Source of the DNA: Euryarchaeota archaeon UBA605
GTDB lineage: Archaea; Thermoplasmatota; Poseidoniia; Poseidoniales; Thalassarchaeaceae
Length of the DNA stretch: 64,000 bases
Direction of reading: 5' to 3'
Assembly (NCBI GenBank): GCA_002504905.1
Contig: DATY01000029.1
Location: 78,306-142,305 of the forward strand
The first letter of the stretch is position 1. Every line of letters starts with the position of its first letter. Positions 58,651 through 64,000 of the stretch are shown piece by piece. A model generated the notes under the pieces. It made no database searches, was not told where the DNA came from, and was given only the letters and a program-made list of their open reading frames with translations. The translations under genes and the position numbers were made by a program.

Positions 58651-59439
58651 ATGAGTGAAGCCGAGGAAATATGGCCCGAAGAAGGTGAACTCCTAGTTTG
58701 TACTGTTAAGGGAGTTAAAGAAAACGGTGCATATCTTAATCTAGACGGATACGGGGACAAAGAAGGTTTCGTATTTATTGGTGAAGTTGCTTCTGGATGG
58801 GTAAAAAATATTAGGGCACACTTGAGAGAAGGTCAACGAGTTGTTGCTAAAGTTGTGACAATCAAAAAGGATAGAGAGAGAGTAGATCTATCTATAAAAG
58901 CTGTATCTGCTGAAAGAAGAAAAGATACCCTGCAAACGTGGAAAAATCAACAGAGAGCAAATCAAATTATGCGTGTTGCTGCTCAAAGAGTTAATTGGGA
59001 TGAAGAAAAAACCGAAGCAATTTCTGAGGAAATGACAGAAAAATTTGGATCTTTATACGGAGCATTAGAAGAATGTGCTATCTCAGAAACTGCATTATCT
59101 GATTCAGGATTTACTGGTAAATGGATGAAAGTTGTTACAGAATTAGCTGTTGAAAATATAGTACCTCCATTTGTAGAAATTAGAGGCGTTTTTGATATTG
59201 AAGTATGGGGTTCTGAGGGTGTAGGTGCAATAAGAGAGGCTTTATCAGAAGCAGAGTTAGTTGTTGAAAATGAAGAAGAAGTTACTCTTACATGCCATTA
59301 TGATGGTGCACCACATTATAGAGTAGATATTAGAGCTCCTGATTATTCATTGGCAGAAAACGCATGGGAAGCAGCAAAGAAAGCCGCCGTCGAAAAAATT
59401 AATTCTGTAGAAGGGTCAATATCTATAGAAAGGCTATAA
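58651..59439 (+). CDS. translation initiation factor 2 alpha subunit (aIF2-alpha)
   Basis: S1 domain N-terminus EGELLVCTVKGVKENGAYLNLDGY. Confidence 0.85.
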   Translation: MSEAEEIWPEEGELLVCTVKGVKENGAYLNLDGYGDKEGFVFIGEVASGWVKNIRAHLREGQRVVAKVVTIKKDRERVDLSIKAVSAERRKDTLQTWKNQQRANQIMRVAAQRVNWDEEKTEAISEEMTEKFGSLYGALEECAISETALSDSGFTGKWMKVVTELAVENIVPPFVEIRGVFDIEVWGSEGVGAIREALSEAELVVENEEEVTLTCHYDGAPHYRVDIRAPDYSLAENAWEAAKKAAVEKINSVEGSISIERL

Positions 59440-59502
59440 TGAAGAATTTCGAAGGCATTAATTCATACACCCTCAAACACCACGTTAGTATGAGGAGTCA
59501 CC

Positions 59503-59724
59503 ATGGTACGTACCAAATTACAACGATGTATCGATTGTGGAGAATATGGGCTTGGGGATATTTGTAAGAGTTGTAATGGTAAAATGATAGCTGTAGCTCC
59601 GTTAAAATATTCTCCAGAAGATCCACAAGGAGCTCGGAGAAGACAGAGGGTTGATGCAGGTAGTGAAGAATGGATTGAATCTCTGCCAACTCCTCGTGAA
59701 GTGATTAAAGGAGAGGAAGAATGA
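59503..59724 (+). CDS. nop10: H/ACA RNP protein Nop10
   Basis: CIDCGEYGL..CKSCNG zinc ribbon then APLKYSPEDP. Confidence 0.75.
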   Translation: MVRTKLQRCIDCGEYGLGDICKSCNGKMIAVAPLKYSPEDPQGARRRQRVDAGSEEWIESLPTPREVIKGEEE

Positions 59725-60482
59725 AAACAAAATTTCATTGGATAGTCGGGGATGGTTTACCCGAACATACAGCAATTCTTGAAGCGGTTCCAGGTGTTGG
59801 AAATGTGGGGAAAATTGTTGTAGATGCATTGGTAGAAAAACATCCTTCTAGAACTATTGGATGGATATTGCATCCTGATTTCCCCCCACATGCAACATTA
59901 TCAAAAAATGGATTATTATCTCCACCTAGGCTTGAAATCAATTCAGTAATACTTCCTGACGGTAAAACAATAATCACAATTGGTGGGAACTTACAACCCA
60001 TGACTGCAAAAGGACAATATGAAGTTGCTGAAAGTATTCTCGAAATGGCGAAGAAAAATAATACTCCAAAAATTCTAGTTCTAGCAGGCTTAGCAGCAGG
60101 TGCTGAAGATAGAGGTATTCATGTTATTTGTGCTGATTCAAATGTTAAGAAATCATTACAAGAAATTGATATTAATGTTACAGACGAACAACCCAAATCT
60201 GGAATGATTGGAATTGCGGGGTTACTAATTTCTCTATCACCATTACATGATGTACCTACAATTGGACTGGTTGCAGAAACAATAGGAGCCAGTGCTGACA
60301 CACTTGCTGCTGATAGGTTATCATCTTGGATTGAAGAGGGATTAGAATTACATCTGGATTTAGATTTAGATTCAACTGGAAAAATTGCTAGGAAACTATT
60401 AGCAACTATGGATGTTTCAGAAGATATTGATGAAATTCTGAATGGAAATGAAAAACAAAACGATTCAAATTTCTATGCTTAG
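59721..60482 (+). CDS. PAC2-family proteasome assembly chaperone-like protein
   Basis: Conserved archaeal neighbour of nop10; Gly-rich VPGVGNVGKI N-terminus. Confidence 0.6.
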   Translation: MKTKFHWIVGDGLPEHTAILEAVPGVGNVGKIVVDALVEKHPSRTIGWILHPDFPPHATLSKNGLLSPPRLEINSVILPDGKTIITIGGNLQPMTAKGQYEVAESILEMAKKNNTPKILVLAGLAAGAEDRGIHVICADSNVKKSLQEIDINVTDEQPKSGMIGIAGLLISLSPLHDVPTIGLVAETIGASADTLAADRLSSWIEEGLELHLDLDLDSTGKIARKLLATMDVSEDIDEILNGNEKQNDSNFYA

Positions 60483-60490
60483 GTGATCTT

Positions 60491-61213
60491 ATGAGGATAC
60501 TTCTAGGAAGTGGAGGAATTAGAACGGAAGAAAGAAAAAATCTATTCCTTGATCTAGTTAAAGAAAACTTTGAGGGATGTAAAAAAGTAATTTTCATACC
60601 TTTTGCTAGTGGAGATTATGATGAGTATACAAGTTCAGTGAAGGAAATATTCAGTAATTTAGGATTTGAAATTGTAGGAATACATGAGCTTGAGAATCCA
60701 TTAGAAGAATTAGAAAATATGGAAGGAATTTATGTGGGAGGAGGGAATACATTCTCATTGGTTAAAAAATTACATGAGGAAAAAATGATAGAAATTATCA
60801 GGAAAAAAGTGCTCAATGACGGAATACCATATGCGGGAGTTAGTGCTGGAGCAAATGTTGCTTGTCCAACAATGCAAACTACTAATGATATGCCAATTGA
60901 TCTAGTTCCATCCTTTGAAACATTCAATATTATTCCTTTTCAAATTAATCCACATTACCATCCGGGAAAGATCTGGTGGAAAGAAAATGATACATTAAAC
61001 GAGCATTTCGGGGAAACAAGAAAAAAAAGAATACAAGAGTATCATATGAATCATGACACTCCGGTAATAGGATTGTATGAAGGTGCTTTTCTTACTTGTA
61101 ATGATGAAGGAATAGAACTTCTTGGCAACAAAGCCGCTGTAATAATCAAAGGTTTAGAGATAGAAACAATTTCTCCGAATATAAAAATGAACTATGATTT
61201 ATCCACCAGATGA
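60491..61213 (+). CDS. pepE: peptidase E (S51 family alpha-aspartyl dipeptidase)
   Basis: Near-collinear with E. coli PepE: IFIPFASGDYDEYT, GGGNTFSL, GVSAGANVACPTMQTTNDMPI, FQINPHY. Confidence 0.8.
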   Translation: MRILLGSGGIRTEERKNLFLDLVKENFEGCKKVIFIPFASGDYDEYTSSVKEIFSNLGFEIVGIHELENPLEELENMEGIYVGGGNTFSLVKKLHEEKMIEIIRKKVLNDGIPYAGVSAGANVACPTMQTTNDMPIDLVPSFETFNIIPFQINPHYHPGKIWWKENDTLNEHFGETRKKRIQEYHMNHDTPVIGLYEGAFLTCNDEGIELLGNKAAVIIKGLEIETISPNIKMNYDLSTR

Positions 61214-61399
61214 AACTACGATTAATTCTATTTTTATATCTTCACTAATTGTTGAAGAATTAGGGATAATTGAATCATTGAAAACTGCTAGAACTGTTGA
61301 AGAAGGAATGTCTAACTCTGTTAGAATTGAAGAAATAGTTGCAGGTGTCTCGGACTCGAAAAACAGACTATCATTTTGGTAAACAACTTCGACTCGCAT
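61199..61399 (-). CDS. ThiS/MoaD-like beta-grasp sulfur carrier / SAMP-like protein, 66 aa, C-terminal Gly-Gly
   Basis: MRVEVVYQNDSLFFESETPATISSILTELDIPSSTVLAVFNDSIIPNSSTISEDIKIELIVVSSGG. The ORF track covers it only inside an 88-aa ORF (61199..61465) with a spurious N-terminal extension that reaches into tRNA-Ser. Confidence 0.5.
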   Translation of the reverse strand: MRVEVVYQNDSLFFESETPATISSILTELDIPSSTVLAVFNDSIIPNSSTISEDIKIELIVVSSGG

Positions 61400-61452
61400 A
61401 TACGCTTCGAAACGGGTCACGCTTATGACCAATACGCATCTAGGAATATTTA

Positions 61453-61538
61453 GCCGAGATCGCATAGCCCGGTATTGCGATGGATTCGAAATCCATTGTC
61501 CGTTGGACGCGGGGGTTCAAATCCCTCTCTCGGCGCCA
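61453..61538 (+). tRNA. tRNA-Ser (anticodon CGA), long variable arm, CCA encoded
   Basis: Same acceptor and D-arm as tRNA-Ser(GGA); anticodon stem ATGGA/TCCAT with loop TTCGAAA. Confidence 0.85.
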
Positions 61539-61585
61539 GAAATAAATATAGGTTAATTGATAAATAAAAATAGATTAGAATTAAT

Positions 61586-62278
61586 ATGCCTCAATATGAA
61601 ATTGTTGATAGTGAAGAATTAAGAATGGTAAAAGTCACATTAAATGGAGATACGGTGCGTGGAGAATCAGGTGCACTTCATTACATGATTGGTAATATAG
61701 AAATGGTAACTAAAGCACCAAGTGTAGGAGGTTTTCTGAAGTCAATGGTTTCTGGAGAATCAGTATTTAGACCTACATTTACCGGAGTGGGCGAAGTATA
61801 TTTTGGACCACCAACATTTGGAGAATACCATATTTTAGAGTTGGATGGTAATTCAATGGTTCTAGACTCAGGAGCATATGTGTGTTCAGATGAAGGAATA
61901 GAAGTAGGAATTATCAGAAATAAAGGTATGTCAATGTTGGCTGGAGGTGAAGGAATCTGGCAAACTACTGTTTCTGGAACTGGAACTTTAATATATTATT
62001 CAGAAGGACCTATTCAGGAAATCAATCTTTCAAATAGTACTCTTACGGTTGATGGCAATTTTGCAGTTGCTAGAGATGCATCATTAAATTTCGAAACAAG
62101 AATGTTAGGGAAAGGACTAATGTCAAAAATAGCAGGCGGAGAAGGATTCGTCAATATAATTTCAGGAACTGGAAAAGTATACCTCTCACCTGTTCCGAGT
62201 CGTTTCAATAATTTAGCAGGAAGAGTAATCAATGATACAGTAAGTGGAATGATTCCTTTCTTAAATAGAAATAATTAA
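61586..62278 (+). CDS. AIM24/DUF124 (TIGR00266) family protein
   Basis: Repetitive Gly-rich double-psi-like pattern (GESGA..M, SGESVF, AGGEG..Q, GGEGF) matches family architecture. Confidence 0.55.
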   Translation: MPQYEIVDSEELRMVKVTLNGDTVRGESGALHYMIGNIEMVTKAPSVGGFLKSMVSGESVFRPTFTGVGEVYFGPPTFGEYHILELDGNSMVLDSGAYVCSDEGIEVGIIRNKGMSMLAGGEGIWQTTVSGTGTLIYYSEGPIQEINLSNSTLTVDGNFAVARDASLNFETRMLGKGLMSKIAGGEGFVNIISGTGKVYLSPVPSRFNNLAGRVINDTVSGMIPFLNRNN

Positions 62279-62280
62279 GC

Positions 62281-64000
62281 TCAAAATGGCTTTAAATCTT
62301 CAGAGCTTTTCAATAGAACTACACGAGCGCCGGGGCCTAAACGTACTTGCTTTTGTCCAGCGAACTCTCCAATTTCGCCATTTAAAATCGCAATTTCATC
62401 TCCTCTAGATAAGCCTGCAGCAATTATGGGAATGAATTGCTTGAATGCCACAATACCTACAGATCCACTACTATCAACCAAAGTGATAGCCCAACGAGAA
62501 ACACCTTTTCCATTCGGGAAGGCATTTATAGACCAGATTCTACCGACTACATTTACTCTAGTTTCTATATCAATCATCTCTGAACTCTCTTCATCTTCAA
62601 CAACATAAATACTAGATTCAGAATCTAGATCTATCACCAACTCGCTTTTCCAAATGGAGGTTAATGCATTTTCAATTTTAACTCTAGAATCATTTTGAAT
62701 AGAGCGAGAAACTTTCTTTAGACCGCCTTGACGATGTGTTCTGACCTTCGCCCTTTCATAACCATCAACCAATCTGAATGTTAATTCAATACTACCATCA
62801 GATTTTAGCGTTGGTCCACTCAACTCTCTTACTTCACCAATTACTGTATGGCGAGTCTTAATTTCTTGCATAGGAGTTATTGGCCACGCATGAGAGAATT
62901 TCTCAAGTCTTTTTTCAGAAGGTAAAATTAATTCATAATTACTATTTTCACAAATTCCTCTTAGTTCACATCTATTGCAACGTGCCTTAGGATCGGGGTC
63001 AACAGCTACCTCAGAAGGTATTCCTCCAACTTCAAAATATCTTAAAGGAGAAGGATTAGCGGGAAAATCAGAGATTTCAAGTGAATCATTGTTGTGTAAC
63101 TTTTGATATAATTTCTCTAAATCTATATTCAACTGAGACATTTCTTTTTCACTCGGTATAGGAACTTGTTTAATTGTACCTGGACCTAAGTACCAGACTT
63201 CAAGAGATTCTACCTCGTTATTTCTAGAATGCGTTTCCCACCATAACCATGAATATAATCTCAATTGTTCAACATAGCCTCCTGAACGATCACCCTTACC
63301 TACAGAAGCTTTCAAGTCTACGATTCTGATTTTACCATTCCAACGATAGACCAAATCATATTCTCCCTGAAACCAGTCATCAGGGTGGCAAGTAGTCTCT
63401 GTAAATCCTGATGCATCTGGATCTACAAACCAAGGACGAGAGATTTCCCATGCCTCAACCCATGAAACACTAGAACCACTTTTTTGGGAGCATGGATGAG
63501 GAGATTTCCAATCTTTCGGAAATCCATCCGGAGATGGCCATTCAGGACGATATTGACCAACTCTCCAAGAATCTAAATTTGGTCCCCCATTATTATTCAT
63601 ACATGACTCAACTTGATCTAAATGAAGTCTAAGTCCGGCCTCTATCATTTGCATACCCTCATCAGGATTAATATCATCTGATTTACCTACACGATTTGGA
63701 CTTGATTCCCAATCAGAAATTGCATTGTTCCAACAATAATCGAAATGGACTTTTGCGCGAGAAATTGCCCATTCTTCTAATTCTTCTCTATTCTTAGGCC
63801 ATGAATCTTGTTCTCTTGTATCTAATTGAGGACCAATCCATCCAGTATCAGAATCATATGATACTGAACCGTCTTCATTCAGAGGAGAGGAAATCAAATT
63901 TCCATCATTAGGAGAAATTAGAACTGGAGATTCACGAAGTACTCTAGAGATACAATCTTCTACCGCATTACCCCTTAATATCTGTGGAGGTAGAGGACTC
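62281..64000 (-). CDS. Cas4/RecB-family PD-(D/E)XK nuclease with Fe-S cluster, fused to C-terminal OB-fold domain; 5' end beyond window
   Basis: Motifs D..EYDLVYR / IVDLK / QLRLY (QxxxY), Cys ...TTCHPDDW plus CNRCELRGIC (Cx2Cx5C), and an OB-like C-terminus. The frame is open upstream of the TTG at 63895-97 to the window end (no in-frame stop). Confidence 0.55.
   Translation of the reverse strand, partial: SPLPPQILRGNAVEDCISRVLRESPVLISPNDGNLISSPLNEDGSVSYDSDTGWIGPQLDTREQDSWPKNREELEEWAISRAKVHFDYCWNNAISDWESSPNRVGKSDDINPDEGMQMIEAGLRLHLDQVESCMNNNGGPNLDSWRVGQYRPEWPSPDGFPKDWKSPHPCSQKSGSSVSWVEAWEISRPWFVDPDASGFTETTCHPDDWFQGEYDLVYRWNGKIRIVDLKASVGKGDRSGGYVEQLRLYSWLWWETHSRNNEVESLEVWYLGPGTIKQVPIPSEKEMSQLNIDLEKLYQKLHNNDSLEISDFPANPSPLRYFEVGGIPSEVAVDPDPKARCNRCELRGICENSNYELILPSEKRLEKFSHAWPITPMQEIKTRHTVIGEVRELSGPTLKSDGSIELTFRLVDGYERAKVRTHRQGGLKKVSRSIQNDSRVKIENALTSIWKSELVIDLDSESSIYVVEDEESSEMIDIETRVNVVGRIWSINAFPNGKGVSRWAITLVDSSGSVGIVAFKQFIPIIAAGLSRGDEIAILNGEIGEFAGQKQVRLGPGARVVLLKSSEDLKPF

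Overview
This is a low-GC (roughly 35-40%) archaeal chromosomal window, inferred from the gene content. It carries archaeal-type information-processing genes: ribosomal proteins S27ae, S24e, L37e, L44e and S27e, eIF2 alpha, Nop10, RNA polymerase subunits E' and E'' (Spt4), the PolD small subunit, and archaeal-type PheS and TyrS. It also carries many secreted and cell-surface proteins, which fits a heterotrophic marine Thermoplasmatota / MGII-like organism. Coding density is high on both strands, and seven tRNA genes are present, all with a genomically encoded 3' CCA. Housekeeping content includes purine biosynthesis (purC, purF) and folD. A small catabolic module consists of two acyl-CoA dehydrogenases, ETF alpha/beta and a long-form HMG-CoA synthase, with a proline dehydrogenase elsewhere. 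There is also a eukaryote-like (6-4) photolyase/cryptochrome and a class II (bacterial-type) CCA-adding-enzyme-like nucleotidyltransferase. Several regions look accessory or unusual. (1) An ~8.7 kb minus-strand operon encodes two SCO1/SenC copper chaperones, two His-rich LVIVD beta-propeller paralogs, a small His1 membrane-anchored protein and a secreted FSH1-like hydrolase; a second His1 small secreted protein is encoded divergently next to it. (2) A 1887-aa FG-GAP/CARDB surface protein is preceded by a ~62% GC structured intergenic element. (3) A duplicated 29-aa hydrophobic peptide gene with a conserved promoter flanks a 3.7 kb membrane-protein/peptidase segment. (4) A Cas4/RecB-family Fe-S nuclease fused to an OB fold is truncated at the window end. 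(5) There are two beta-grasp Gly-Gly sulfur-carrier/SAMP-like genes, one of which the ORF track calls only with a 22-aa N-terminal extension. No rRNA, CRISPR array or recognisable transposase was found.
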